Shown piece by piece: positions 10,420-22,709 of a stretch of 64,000 nucleotides of DNA (position 1 is its first letter; every line of letters begins with the position of its first letter). The notes under the pieces were generated by a model, which worked only from the letters and a program-made list of their open reading frames with translations, was not told the origin of the DNA and did no database searches. This DNA comes from Rebecca billardiae RCC1528. Taxonomy: Eukaryota > Protista > Haptophyta. The DNA is taken from contig OZ251251.1 in the NCBI GenBank assembly GCA_965240325.2, positions 186,001 through 250,000 of the forward strand. The letters run 5' to 3'. The position numbers and the translations under genes were made by a program.

Positions 10420-11919
10420 TCACGCCGAGCAGTCCGCCCCGTGCAAACGCCCGAAACGCGGCAGCCGCTCGATGCGCGTGGGCGCCCACCATCCCTCGTA
10501 AATCTCGTTCAACTCCGCAAACGCGTAGTCTGCATCGCTCACGCCGTGGCCGAGCGCTGCCGACCGCCGGCCACACGAGAGCACGCTGCCATCCGCTGTG
10601 ACGTACAGCGCGTGGCATTTGGTGAGCGAACAGCGCGTGACGTGCGCGTGCGCAAGCGCGTGCACACGCGTGGGCAGCTCGAAGGTGTCAGCGCCCTCGT
10701 GCCCCAGCAGGCCGTAGCTGTTGTCCCCGAACGTGTGCACGCTGCCGTCCGCGCCCAGCACCGCGCTGCCGTAATCACCAGCGCACGCACGCACAGCCGT
10801 GACGCCAACCAGGGCCTCGATGCGCGCCGGCGCGAACCATCGTGCGCAATCGCCGTGCCCACGACAGCCAAAAGACCCCTCTCCGAAGGAGTGCACGCCA
10901 CCCGCCGCGTCCACCACCAGGCTGTGGTCGTAGCCCGCGCTCACGTGCACGGCGCGCACGCCGGCGAGCGCCTCGATGCGGCTCGGCGTGTGCTGCTCCT
11001 GCTCGTCACCGTGGCCGAGCCGGCCTGTGGAGCCATCGCCGCATGAGTAGACGGTGCCATCAGCAGAGACAAACAGCGAGTGATAACCCCCGGCGGCTAC
11101 GCCACCGATGCGCACGCCGTCCAGCGCCTTGATGCGCGTCGGCTCCAGCCGGTCCTTCGTGTTGCCGTAGCGGCCCAGCTGGCCGGACCAGTTGTTGCCC
11201 CAGCTGTACGCACGGCCGTCGGCGGTGAGCGCGAGGCTGTGCTGCCCACCGGCCATGACGCCAACGACGGCTGCACCGTGCAGAGCCATGACGGGAGCGA
11301 ACGAACGCCGCTCCTCCGTGTCCCCCAGCCCCAGCTGGCCATAGTGGTTGCTGCCGCAGCTGTACACGGCGCCGGCCTCGCTCAGCGCGAGCAGGTGGCC
11401 GTAGCCAGCGGCCACCGCAGCAACGCGCAGAGCACCCAGCGAGGTGACGTGCGAGGGCACGCGCACTTCGAGGCTTTCCGCGTGCCCGACGGCCGCGTGC
11501 GTCCGATACGCACCTGTCGGCTGCCAGTCGTCCCGCACCTCCTCCTCGCCGCACGTGTGCAGCCCGCCATCCGCGTCCACAAACGCGCTTAACGCCCAAC
11601 CAGCCGCAGCGGGAGATGCGTGCGCGCGCGCGAGCTCGAGCACGCGCTCACGCACAAACAGCTCCTCCACCCACGTGCAGATTCCGGCGGGTAGTGACGC
11701 TGGCAGCGCGCGCTCGTGCCCGCGCGCGCGCGCGCGCTCGCGCAGCGCGCGCTCGACCGCCGAGCACCCGCCGGGCGGCGCGGCGCGGAAGAGGCGCGCT
11801 GTGGCGTTCAGGCTGGCGAGATCGCGCGGCGGAAGGGGCGAGATGATGCGGCCGAGTACCTCGGGAGGCAGGTCGTCGAGCGCGAGGCGACGCGCGTGCG
11901 CCTGTGCCGTGCTGGCCAT
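10420..11919 (-). CDS. F-box-like + RCC1 repeat protein, copy 2
   Basis: ATG 11919; tandem paralog of copy 1 including flanks; same domain layout. Confidence 0.88.
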   Translation of the reverse strand: MASTAQAHARRLALDDLPPEVLGRIISPLPPRDLASLNATARLFRAAPPGGCSAVERALRERARARGHERALPASLPAGICTWVEELFVRERVLELARAHASPAAAGWALSAFVDADGGLHTCGEEEVRDDWQPTGAYRTHAAVGHAESLEVRVPSHVTSLGALRVAAVAAGYGHLLALSEAGAVYSCGSNHYGQLGLGDTEERRSFAPVMALHGAAVVGVMAGGQHSLALTADGRAYSWGNNWSGQLGRYGNTKDRLEPTRIKALDGVRIGGVAAGGYHSLFVSADGTVYSCGDGSTGRLGHGDEQEQHTPSRIEALAGVRAVHVSAGYDHSLVVDAAGGVHSFGEGSFGCRGHGDCARWFAPARIEALVGVTAVRACAGDYGSAVLGADGSVHTFGDNSYGLLGHEGADTFELPTRVHALAHAHVTRCSLTKCHALYVTADGSVLSCGRRSAALGHGVSDADYAFAELNEIYEGWWAPTRIERLPRFGRLHGADCSA

Positions 11920-12203
11920 CGCCTCGCGGCTCGCGCTCGGGGTGCGCGGTGCCGGGTGCGCCTCCGCCCCGCAAGCGCCAACCGTCTTCCCCGTCCGGAG
12001 CAGTCCGGAGCCCTTGTTCCAGGTGTTGGCAGCGGCGGAGGGGAGCGGCACCGGTCGCACGCAGGACGGGCAGCTCAGGCGGGCCTCAGCACTCAGTCAC
12101 TCACTCTCAGCCTCAGGCATCTAGCTAGTCTACGGAGTTCTGTTGGTTCACAACGACACTGCTCACACAGCGCCGCAGCAGCCGACGCACATGCCGGCCG
12201 CGC

Positions 12204-13682
12204 TCACGCCAAGCCGGCCGCCCCGTGCAAACGCGGCAGCCGCTCGATGCGCGTTGGCGCCCACCGTACCTCGTCCACCTCCGCAAAATCGTCTGCCTCA
12301 CTCACGCCGTGGCCGAGCGCCGCCGACCACCGGCCGCGCGAGAGCACGCTGCCATCCGCCGTGACGTACAGCGTGTGGTCAGTGCTGAGCGAACAGCGCG
12401 TTACGTGCGCGTGCGCAAGCGCGTGCACACGCTTGGGCAGCTCAAAGGTGTCAGCGCCCTCGTGCCCCAGCTGACTGTTGCTGTTGTTCCCGAACGCGTG
12501 CAAGCTGCCGTCCGCACCCAGCACCGCGCTGCCGTCATCACCGGCACACGCACGCACAGCGGCGACACCAGCCAGGGCCTCGATGCGCGCGGGCACCAAC
12601 CGTCGAGAGCGATCGCCGTGCCCGAGCTGACCACGATTGCACTCGCCGAAGGAGTGCACGCCGCCCGCCGCGTCCACCACCAGGCTGTGCGCGTTGCCCG
12701 CGCTCACGTGCACGACGCGCACGCCCGCGAGCGCCTCGATGCGCATCGGCGTGTGCTGCCCCTGGTGGCAGCCGTGGCCGAGCCGGCCTCCGGAGCCATA
12801 GCCGCACGAGTAGACAGTGCCGCCAGCAGATACAAACAGCGAGTGCAAAGCCCCAGCGGCTACGCCACCGATGCGCACGCCGTCCAGCGCCTCGATGCGC
12901 GTCGGCTCCAGCCGGTCCTTCGCGTCGCCGTGGCCGAGCTGGCCATACCGGTTGTCTCCGCAGCTGTACGCGCACCCGGCGGCGGTGAGCGCGAGACTGT
13001 GGTACCCACCGGTCATGACGCCCACGACGGCCGCATCGTGCGGAGATATGACGGGAGCAAACGAACGCCGCTCCTCCGTGTCCCCCAGCCCCAGCTGGCC
13101 GTAGCCGTTGCCGCCGCAGCCGTACACGGCGCCAGCCTCGCTCAGCGCGAGCAGGTGGTGGTAGCCAGCGGCCACCGCAGCAACACGCAGAGCACCCAGC
13201 GAGGTGACGCGTGTGGGCACGCGCACTTCGAGGCTTTCCGCGTGCCCGATGGCCGCGTTCGCCCGGTACTCACCTGTCGGCCACCTGTGCTCGTCCAGCA
13301 CCTCCTCCTCGCCGCACGTGTGCAGCCCGCCCTGCGCGTCCGCAAACGCGCTGAAGCCGTCACCGGCCGCAGCGGAAGATGCGTGCACGCGCACTAGCTC
13401 GAGCACGCGCTCACGCACGAACAGCTCCTCCGCCCACGTGCAGACTCCGGCGGGTAGTGACGCTGGCAGCGCGCGCTCGTGCCCGCGCGCGCGCGCGCGC
13501 TCGCGCAGCGCGCGCTCGACCGCCGAGCACCCGCCGGGCGGCGCGGCGCGGAAGAGGCGCGCTGTGGCGTTCAGGCTGGCGAGGTCGCGCGGCGGAAGGG
13601 GCGAGATGATGCGGCCGAGCACCTCGGGAGGCAGGTCGTCGAGCGCGAGGCGACGCGCGTGCGCCCGTGCCGTGCTGGCCAT
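12204..13682 (-). CDS. F-box-like + RCC1 repeat protein, copy 3
   Basis: 492-aa ORF, ATG 13682; tandem paralog of copies 1-2. Confidence 0.88.
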   Translation of the reverse strand: MASTARAHARRLALDDLPPEVLGRIISPLPPRDLASLNATARLFRAAPPGGCSAVERALRERARARGHERALPASLPAGVCTWAEELFVRERVLELVRVHASSAAAGDGFSAFADAQGGLHTCGEEEVLDEHRWPTGEYRANAAIGHAESLEVRVPTRVTSLGALRVAAVAAGYHHLLALSEAGAVYGCGGNGYGQLGLGDTEERRSFAPVISPHDAAVVGVMTGGYHSLALTAAGCAYSCGDNRYGQLGHGDAKDRLEPTRIEALDGVRIGGVAAGALHSLFVSAGGTVYSCGYGSGGRLGHGCHQGQHTPMRIEALAGVRVVHVSAGNAHSLVVDAAGGVHSFGECNRGQLGHGDRSRRLVPARIEALAGVAAVRACAGDDGSAVLGADGSLHAFGNNSNSQLGHEGADTFELPKRVHALAHAHVTRCSLSTDHTLYVTADGSVLSRGRWSAALGHGVSEADDFAEVDEVRWAPTRIERLPRLHGAAGLA

Positions 13683-14377
13683 CGCTCGCGGCTCGCGCTC
13701 GGGGTGCGCGCTGGGGTCGGTGCGCCTCGCCCCACAAGCGCCAACTGTCGTTCCGCGGCCTCACCGAGTCCGATGGTGAGTTACCGGGAGCTGTGCCGAG
13801 GACCGGGAACACTCATTGGTACAGTACACACTGTACCAAGGGCCTTGACTGTACAGTATATCAGGCATAGTGTGCGTCTTAGTACATAGTAAACTGTACA
13901 TCTAGGAGCACGTGCGCAGCAACATGCGAGAATCAAGTCAGACGACGTGCGCGGACATGCGGCAATGCTGACATCAGTGCAGGAAGCCACGCGCCGAGGT
14001 GACACTCTCAGACGGGACTCGGACGACGACGAGAGCCGGCGCGATCACACCCCGCGTTTCCGCGGCGCACAGTCGCGCGCGCCACTCCCGGCGCCCGTGC
14101 CGCGCCGCATGCAACAGCGCTGACGCTGCGGCGACGGAGGCACGGAGGCGGGCGGCGTGGCGACGGTGCTGGCTGGGGCGGCGCGTCGGCGGGCGGCGTA
14201 GCGAGATCGTCGGGAGTCGGCACTCGGCGAGCTGCACGCCGGCATGCGGTCGCCGCGCCCACCGCGACACCGGGAGCTCCGCTCTCCGCCAGACCCCCCG
14301 GGCGGCAGGGCGGCAGCGCGCGCGCGCGCCGCCCGGCGGCGACGGCGCCGCGCGGGCGCCGGGCGCGTGCGCGCGGC

Positions 14378-16172
14378 TTAGGCGCCGACGAGCGTCTTCC
14401 ACGCCTTGAGCGAGTCCATCGCCTCCGCCTGCGCCGCGAGCGACGCCTTCTGATCCTTGAGCTCCATCTGGTAGTCCAGCGCCTCGATGTCGGCGATGAA
14501 CTTCTCATACGCGTCCTTCGCATCGACCTTCTTCGGTCCGGACAGCCCGTCGTTGACCTGGCGCATGCCCGCGCGCATCTCGTACATCATCGAGCGCATC
14601 TGGCCGCGGCCGAGGGCCCACGACTCCTTCTTAATGTACGCCAGCACCTGCGCGGGAGCGGTCCGGGGCGAGGCGAGTCCGGGCGCGCGCACAGCGTGAG
14701 CACACCGTCCCGGCGCGCCGTCCCGGCGCGCGCGCGGCCGGCCGCGCGGTGCCGCCCGCGCCCGCCCGGCCTGCCCCGCCCGGCCTCCGCGCGCGCGGCC
14801 GCGTCCCCCGGCCAGCGGCGCGCGCGCGCGCGTACGTCCTTGCCGAGGCGCTTCTCGCCCTCGCCGACCTTCTTCGCCAGCGTGCTGAACTTCTCCCCCG
14901 TCACCAGCGGCACCTTGTTGGGATCGGAGATCTTGGTGTCCATCTGCTCAAACGGCTCCGACTGGCGGGACCAATAAGTAGTACATAGGGGGAATGCGGG
15001 TAATGCGGGTAGGCGGCGGGGACGGGGGCGTGAGGGCGTGCGTGGGTCTTTCGGGCGGGGGTGGGGTGCGCGTGTGCTGGTGCGTGGGTGCGCCGCGTGC
15101 ACCAGCCCCACGCGCGCTGTGCGCCAGCCCCACGTGCGCTGTGCGCTGTGCGAGCGCCACTGCCGCCCCCGACAGCACCGCCCTCCCATCCATCCCGCCA
15201 CCGACTGCCGCCGCCCCCCAGCCAGCCCAGCCCAGCCCACGGAGTCCGGGCGGCTGGGCGGCCCCGGCTGCGCGCCGGTAGGGCATGGCGAGGGCCGAGC
15301 CCGCGCGCAGCCGCGGCAGCCGGCGTGCCGCACGCACGCGGCGGCGCGCGACGAGGCCTCGGCCACGGGCCACGCCCACGCCGGCGCGCGGCCGTGGCCG
15401 AGCGCGCTGCCGCGTGTGTGTTCATGCCTGGTGGCCACTCGGCGCGCACGGCCGGCAGAGCGCGCGTGGCGCGGCTCGAGCCCGCCCGCCCTCCCGCACG
15501 ACCACGCCCCGCCCCGCCTCCCCGCGCCCGACGCTGCCGGCCTGCGCAGCCGCCAGCCGCGCCCGCGCGCGCAGACGGCGCGCGCGGCGCGCTCGGCGCG
15601 AGCCGCGTCGGCTGGGCTCACCTGCACAGGGCGATCGGGCGACGCGCCGATGCCAAACACGCTGAACTTCGGGCCCTCGCCGGCCTTGGCGGAGGCGCTC
15701 TCCGCCGCGACGACGAGGCCGCCGAGCGCCGCCACGCCGCGGGTCACCAGCTCTCGGCTGCGCGCGCGCGGCGAGCGGCACGCGCCGCGGGGAAATGGTC
15801 GCGTGAGCGCGCCGCGGCCCGCGCCGAGCGCGCGCAGGCTCGGAGCCGGGGCGTGGCAGCTGCAGCGCGACGCCAGCTGGCCGAGCGGTGGCGTGCTGCG
15901 TCGGCCCGCGGCCTCGGCCGCCCGCCCACGGGGTGAGCGGGCCGCACCACGCCGCGCGCCGGCCGCGCGCTCCAGCCGTCATCAGCGGATGCGCCGCCGC
16001 CGCCGAGCGGCGCAAGGCGGCAGCTGCGCGCGGGTGCTGGCGGCGCGACCGGCGAGCGCACGCACCGGGTGTTGGCCGCATCCGACATGCTCACCACCGA
16101 GCGCGAGACGCGCGTCGGGGCCACCGGCCCGTTGAAGGCGAGGACTGCCGAGAGCGCGAAGGCGACGAACAT
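14378..16172 (-). CDS. psbQ: Photosystem II extrinsic protein PsbQ' (OEE3), 4 exons
   Basis: Exons 16172-16066, 15757-15622, 14961-14836, 14647-14378 joined by GT-AG introns: signal peptide MFVAFALSAVLAF, transit peptide, twin-Arg NTRRELV, hydrophobic stretch ending ASA, mature KAGEGPKFSVFG... and helical YIKKESW...QMRSMMYEMR...IEALDY domain typical of red-lineage PsbQ'. Confidence 0.8.
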
Positions 16173-16450
16173 GGCTGCGGGCGACACGGGCGGCGGCGAC
16201 GAACGTGTCGAGAAGCCGTCGCCAATTACGAGTTTAATTGGCGCGGCGCGTTTCGGCGCGCGCGTAAAATCGACGCCCGGACTCACGTCGAAACTCGACG
16301 CGCAAGCCGCGCGCGAAAATCGCGGGCGAGAGCGCACGATGGCTGACGATCAACGCGAGTCCGTTGCTTCATGCTTGCCGGGTGAGCCCGCCGCCGTGCA
16401 GGACTGGTGCAGGTGTGCCTGTTATCGCTGCTGCCTGCCTGCAAGCCAGC

Positions 16451-17672
16451 ATGGCCAGCGGCGCGGCGACGCTCGTCGCCACGGGCGGCGCGAAGCTGTG
16501 CGCGCCGCACATCGACGCGGAGGGCACGCTCTGGGCGCTCTCCGCGATGACCGGCGAGGTCCTGCGCCTCACGCAGCAGGACGATGGCGCCCTCGGCCTC
16601 ACCGCCGCCATGCACGCGGGCGCGGCGCCGGTCGGCATCGCCGTCGACGAGCAGTCGACGTACCTGTGCGACGTGGCGCACAAGGCGGTGCTGCTGGTGG
16701 GCGCGGACGGCGCGGCGTCGGAGTTCGTGCGCGAGTACGAGCAGCGCCCCTTCGTCGGGCCCACCGCCCTCGCCTTTGACGGCGCGCGCAACCTGTTTGT
16801 CGCAGACGGCGGCGCGGACGGCGAGACCGGTCTGCATGCGCCCAAGGGCTCGGTGTTCGTGATCTCGGCGGAGGGCCAGCTGCTGCTGCCACTGGCGCAC
16901 GAGTCGCTCGCGCGGCCCTCCGCCCTCGCCGTCTACCCGCCGGCGCGCGCCTCGCCGCCCGCGCCCGCCGCCATCGTGTTTGTGGCCGAGCAGGCGGCCA
17001 ATCGGATTGTCCGGTTCGTCAAGCGGCCGGTCGACGTGTACGTGGGCACGGTGTTTCGTCAGGTGCGCGCGGGGCCCGCGCGCCGAGGCCCCGCCGTGCG
17101 CGCCCGCGCGCCCGGCGCGCGCTGCCGCCGCCCGCTCACTCCGCGCGCGGCCGCCGCCCGCTCGCTCGCGCGCCCCGGGGGCAGTTTGCGGGCGGCGCGG
17201 GACCGTCCTGCCTCGCCTGCGACGAGGATGGGTGCCTCTTCGTCGGCCACTTCGACTACGCGCCCGCAGCCGAGGCGGGCGGTGGCAGAGCCAGCGCACA
17301 ACCGCCGCCGGGCCGCGTGAGCAAGCTGAGCGCGCAGGTGCGCGCGCGCGCGCGCGCGCGCCGCGCGCGCCGGAGGCAGGAGCGCGCGCCGGCGGAAGCG
17401 GGTGGCGGCGAGTTGTATTTGCTGGGCTGCTGCGGTGTTCGCGCGCGGCTGCGCCTGCCGCGCCGCGCGGCGGCGCTCGGGGGCGCTCACCACCGCCCGC
17501 GCCGCGCCGCCGCCCGCCCGGACTCGCCCGGACTCGCCCGGACTCGCAGGGCGAGCTGCTCGCCGAGTGGACGGTGCCGGGCGGTCCGGAGCTGAGCGGC
17601 CTCGCGCTCAAGGGGCGCACGCTGTACGTGACCGAGGCGTCGAGCAACGGGCTGTACGCGATCGAGCTGTGA
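16451..17672 (+). CDS. SMP-30/gluconolactonase/LRE-like six-bladed beta-propeller protein, 3 exons
   Basis: Exons 16451-17062, 17185-17337, 17550-17672; repeated P-x-G/A-I/L-A-x-D blades (PVGIAVD, PTALAFD, PSALAV, PSCLACD), EYEQRPFVGP, GETGLHAPKGSVF. Divergent from psbQ'. Confidence 0.8.
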
Positions 17673-18412
17673 GTCTGACCGTGCGCCGTGGGTGTGCGCC
17701 GCGGGGGCGCCTCGGCCTTCCCGTTTGTCGGAGTCGGAAGCCGGCCGGCCGGCGGTCCGGGCCGCTGCGGTCGTGGTGCCGGACGGCAGTGTGGTCCGCC
17801 GGTCATGGACACGGTGCTGCGTCGTCGCTGCATCGGGCCGAGCCGCGCCCGGCAAGTGGCACGGCGCGGTCCATTCCGGTGGCAATCAATTAGAAGGTGC
17901 GCGTGTGCCTCTTCCACCGTAGCGCCCCTGGCCCGAGCGGCAGTGGACTCGAGTCCGTTGCTGTGCGTTCAAATAAGCGTTGGCGCTGCACGTAGCATCG
18001 TTATTAATAGCGTGCGCCGTGCTTTCAACTGAACCGATATTTAAGGCGGTAGCCACCATCTATTGTATTCAGTGAATCAGTGATGCTCTCGATATTCATA
18101 GCCGTTCGTTGATGGCATGTGTACGCCGGATGAATACGATTACTCCCCTCAGATGAATAGCTAACCGTACACAATATCTAAATGTTACGAGCGAACGTCA
18201 AAGCCAAACCATGTCAACCAGATTCAAAAGATCTCCTCATCGTGATTGTAGTGCTGACGAAAAGTGGCGCCCGCCAACTCGCCAAGATTGAGCGCGCAGA
18301 CGTACCAGTATCGTAGAGCTTCGATCGACAGGGAGGGGCACTCTCGCGCGCCCACCGACCGACCGCCGCCACCTGAAGGAGTGCACACGGTCGCGAGCGG
18401 AACGCGCGCAAT

Positions 18413-19475
18413 ATGGGGCGGCGTAAGATCGAGATCAAGCCCATCAAGGACCACTCGCGGCGCAAGATCACCTTCAAGAAGCGCGCCGCGGTGCGCGCGC
18501 GCCGAGCCGCCGCGCCGCCGTGCGGCCGTGCTGCGCGGCGGACTGCGCGATCGGACGGCGCGGCTCACGCGCCACGCGCGCGCCGTCGCGCGCGCGCGCG
18601 CGTGCAGGGGCTCGTGAAGAAGGCGATGGAGCTCAGCGTTCTGTGCGGCTGCGACATCGGCCTCTTCGTCATGGGTGCACGCCGCGCCGCAGCGCTGGCG
18701 TGCGCGCGCGCGCAAGTGTCCTGCCACCGAGCGCGCCGCCGCGCATCTCACCCGCGCGGCGCGCGCGCGCGCGCGCCGGCGCGCACGCAGACCCGAACGG
18801 CGCGAAGCTCATCGAGTACACCTCGCCCGCCGGCAAGCCCCTCGAGGAGCGCATGATGCACTGGCTCCGCACGCCGGGCGCGTGCGAGTACACGCGCACA
18901 GACCTGGATGCGGTGAGCGCGCGCCCGCCGCCGCCTCCGTCGGCGGCGCGCGCGTGCGCGCTCGCGCGAGTGGGCGTGCGTGCGGGGAGCCGAGGGTGGG
19001 CCGGGTGGGCGGGTCGGCGCGTGCGTCGGGGGGACGAGGCCGGGATGCCGGCGCGCGCCTCACGCGCGCACACGGCTTTGGCGCCGCGGGGACAGGCCGT
19101 GAGTGACGGGTGCTTGCGCGCGCGGCACGGGCGCGTCAGGGCGCACGCACGCACGCCACGTGTCCCCTCCACCTGCCGAGCGCGCGTCCGGCGTGGCCCA
19201 CCCCCGCGGGTGCGACCTCCTCGCTGCGCTCACGCGCGCCTCGCGTGCCCGCCGCGCCGCCGCGCATCATCCTCGTTTCTTCCGCGGCCGACCGATCTCA
19301 TCATGAAATGAATTCTCATTTGATTTGATTCTGTGCCTGCTCATGGGAATGAACCCATCCTGCGCAGGCGAATGGCGGCGGCATCGGCTTCTGCTCGCTC
19401 GGCAGCAGCCGCGGCCCGTCGCGCGGCTCGTCCCTCCCGTCGTCCGTCCTGCCGTCCGATGACGAGGACGACGAT

Positions 19476-19506
<31 letters not shown>

Positions 19507-20729
19507 GCGGTAAGCATGGGCGGGTTCTCGCGCACGGCTGCCCGAGCACGCCGCAGCAGCAGGCGACGGCGATGACGGCCGGCGTGGTCACCGGCGTGCC
19601 GTGCGTGCAGCACGGCGTCCTGCTCGGGCCCGCTGGCGCACCTCCTTCAGCCACCATGGCTCAGTACGGCGCGGCCGCGCACGCGCCACCGCAGTGTGTG
19701 ACGATGGCCGCGGCGCCCGCGCCCATGCAGGGCCCCCCGCCCGTGCCGATGGCGACGTCTGAGGCCGCGCCGCAGCAGCAGCCGCCGCCGCCGCCGTCGC
19801 CGGCCCGCGGCGCGTACGCCGCCGACGGCCTGTGCGCGCCCGGCTCGGAGGGCGGCGCCGCGGCCGCCCCCCAGCAGTTGCACGCGACGGCGCACGCGTG
19901 CGCGCAGCCGCAGCCGCAGCAGCAGCCGCCGCACGCGTGCGCGCAGCCGCAGCCGCAGCAGCAGCAGCCGCAGCCGCAGCAGCAGCAGCTGCTGCTGCAG
20001 CCGCCGGCGCAGTATGGTGCGTACGAGCAGCACGCGCCGCCGCCGGGCGCGCACGTCTTCTGGCAGCCGGCGGGCGCCATGGACCCGTCCGGGCACGGCC
20101 AGCAGCATCCGCAGCAGCAGCCGCAGCAGCCGCTGCAGCCGCCGCAGCCGCAGCCGCAGCAGCCGCAGCCGCAGCCGCAGCCGCAGCCGCCGCAGCCGCA
20201 GCAGCCGCACGCGTACGCGCAGCCGCAGCCGCAGCATGCGCAGCCGCAGATGAGCGTGGCCGTGTGCGCGCCGCCGCCGCCGCCGGCGGCGGGCGCGGCG
20301 CAGCCTGTGCTCTGGTCGCCGGCCGCGCCACTCCACGCGCCGGCCCACCTATACTACGGACCGCCGCCGCCGACACACATGCACACGGCGCCGCCCGCCG
20401 CCATGCACTACGCGGCGTATGGCGGCGCCCCGGGCGCAGGCGGCGGTGTGTACTACGCGCCACAGCAGCTGCAGCCGCCGCCGCAGCCGCCGCAGCCCGC
20501 GCTGCACGCGTGCACGGCCGTGTGTGCCGCGCCGCCGGGCCAGCCCGTGATGATGGTCCTCGCCTCACCCGCCGGCAGCCACCAGCAGCACCCGGACTTT
20601 TGCGGCAGCCAGCAGCCGCCCCCGGACTTTCCGGGCGGAGGCTCGGTGCCGCTCGACGGCGGCGGTGGCGCGGCGCCGTGCGCGTCGTGCTGCGCATCGA
20701 GCGATGTGGCGCCGATGCAGCAGCAGTAG
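18413..20729 (+). CDS. MADS-box transcription factor (MEF2/type II-like) with Gln/Pro-rich C-terminus, 4 exons
   Basis: Exons 18413-18490, 18608-18674, 18791-18912, 19368-20729 give MGRRKIEIKPIKDHSRRKITFKKRAAGLVKKAMELSVLCGCDIGLFVM; then poly-Asp and Q/P-rich region. Confidence 0.92.
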
Positions 20730-21052
20730 CGGGCGCCATTTCCAGGGTCAGGCGGCGGCGCACCGTGCCGGTACCGTGCCGGCTGTTTTGCCCTTGGCGT
20801 CCGCCTGGAAGCCGTGCCCGGCGACCCGGTGCGCGCTGCGCTGGCAATGGGCCGCGGCCCGCCCGGCGCCCGGCGCCCCGCCCGGCGGCCGCAGCCCGCG
20901 CCGGCCCGACTCCCCGGGCGGCGGCCGCGGCTGGGACCTGCCCGATCGGCGTCGTCTAATTTTATTATATTATAATAAACTGATGATGCTCAATTATAAT
21001 ATTATAATAATAATACTGCTGAATAATAATATATATATATTTATTAATAAAA

Positions 21053-22702
21053 CTGTGCCCTGGCGGGCCGGGGGGTCGGCGGGTCGTGCCATTGCTGTCG
21101 CAATGTTTCGTCCTCTGCGGGTTCGTCGCGTGTTTTCACATTCGCTCGTGGCCGTGGGTGACGAACGGACAGTCCGAGGGCGAGGACCAGTGACACCTGA
21201 AGTTCTCCCGCAGGCGAGTGTACGGCTACTGTACGCGTCCGTGCGCATCGGCAAGGCCCACAGCACCCACGAGGCGGAATGTGCCGAGCACGCGGGGCGG
21301 GGCGGGTAGCCCGTTGTTCTGCGCGAGCGCAGGTACGCGCTGTATGAGCCGCATCTCGCCCGCGATGGTGTAATCGAGCGCCTCAGTCGCCGCCGACAAA
21401 GCCGCCAGAGTAGATCGTGTGCATGTCCTCCTTCCGCCAGCCGAGAGCGGTCGTCGCGAGGATGCTTGCCGATGCCCGCTCCGGGCATGATGGGCTCGGC
21501 GCAGGTCGCGCTGACGTCGTACAAGGCCGCCACGCCGAGTACGAGCGCGTTGACGTTCGCGCGGTCGTCGCTCTTCGCCTCGTGCGACAGGTCTGGTGCC
21601 CGCGTGCTCGGCGGCACGAGGAGCTGTTGGTTGTGCGCGCGCGTTCACAGCGACAGCGTGTGCCACTCGCGATCGAGAGTGGGCACGAGCTGCTCGAGTA
21701 GGCACACGAATCGCAGCGCATCCGTCACCGGCGTGACGACGTCCGCCTCGTCCCGCAGCGCCTGCGCCATGGACGAGGATGGTGCGTCGATGTTGCAAGC
21801 TCGACATTTCATCTTTCTGCGGATGGCATCACGGGCTTGTCTGTGTCGCGCTGCGGCGAGGGTCGCCGACTCGCAAAGACGCGGTTGCTGCCACGGCGAC
21901 AGACCCGGGAGGTGCGTCCGCTGCGCGTCGTACGCCGTTGGCGCTGCGCTTCCGTCGCATTGGTCACCGTCGACGCCATGCAGGTCGGACGTGGGCTTCA
22001 CCGCGAGCGAAAGTCCGGTGCGCGGATTCGGGACTCCGGCGATCGAGTTCAGTCGTCGTTCAGAAGGCCGCGCCAAATCTTGCGTCGCGTGCGATGGCGC
22101 TTCCCGCCCGCGAGACACCTCGTGATGAGGGCCTTTCCGCACCGAGCCCGACGCGCGGCGGTGGATCGCGCGAGGCGGTTGTCGTGCGCAGCGCTCGATA
22201 CTATGGCCCGTGCGAGCGCTCGACGTGCAAGTCGGGCGAGGACCGCCCCAGGCCGCACGATCGTGTCGACGCGCCGAGCGTACCTCCAAACGCGTCGACT
22301 TTGGCCCCCGTTCGACCTGCACGCGAGACGACGAGGGCAGCAATCGCGAATCGGGCGAAAAACCCCCTCGGGAGTCCTCGCGCGATGTCCGCGCCGGCGT
22401 TGGATCTGGCGCGCGCCGCCCACGCGCTCCGCGCCACCGGGCACTTGTTTTCGGCCGAGCGTCCCCAGTGGGAGCTGCGAGGGCGCCCGGTGGTGAGCGA
22501 AGCGATTTTCTTTTCTTGGCGAGGCGGCGATTTTCTTTGTTCTTTTCTTTTTCTTATCTTTCCCCGGGCACTACAACTGGGGCGGACCTACGGCCCGCCC
22601 GCGATTTTCTTTTCTTGGCGAGGCGGCGATTTTCTTTGTAGTTCTTTTCTTTTTCGCTTATCTTTCCCCGGACACTACAAGGGGCGGACCTACGGCCCGC
22701 CA
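21053..22702 (-). mobile_element. Dispersed non-autonomous element, copy A (Helitron2/Helentron-like ends)
   Basis: Colinear high similarity with 23778-24756 and 47048-48567; left end CTGTGCCCTGGCGGGC after an A-run, right end GGCGGACCTACGGCCCGCCA; terminal ~100 bp tandemly duplicated (22501-22600 / 22601-22702). Repeat status is certain, class is inferred. Confidence 0.75.
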
Positions 22703-22709
22703 TATATTA

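Noticed and set aside
22674-22681. CACTACAA as a CACTA transposon terminus
   Set aside because: It lies inside the shared element ~28 bp from its end and has no matching inverted partner.
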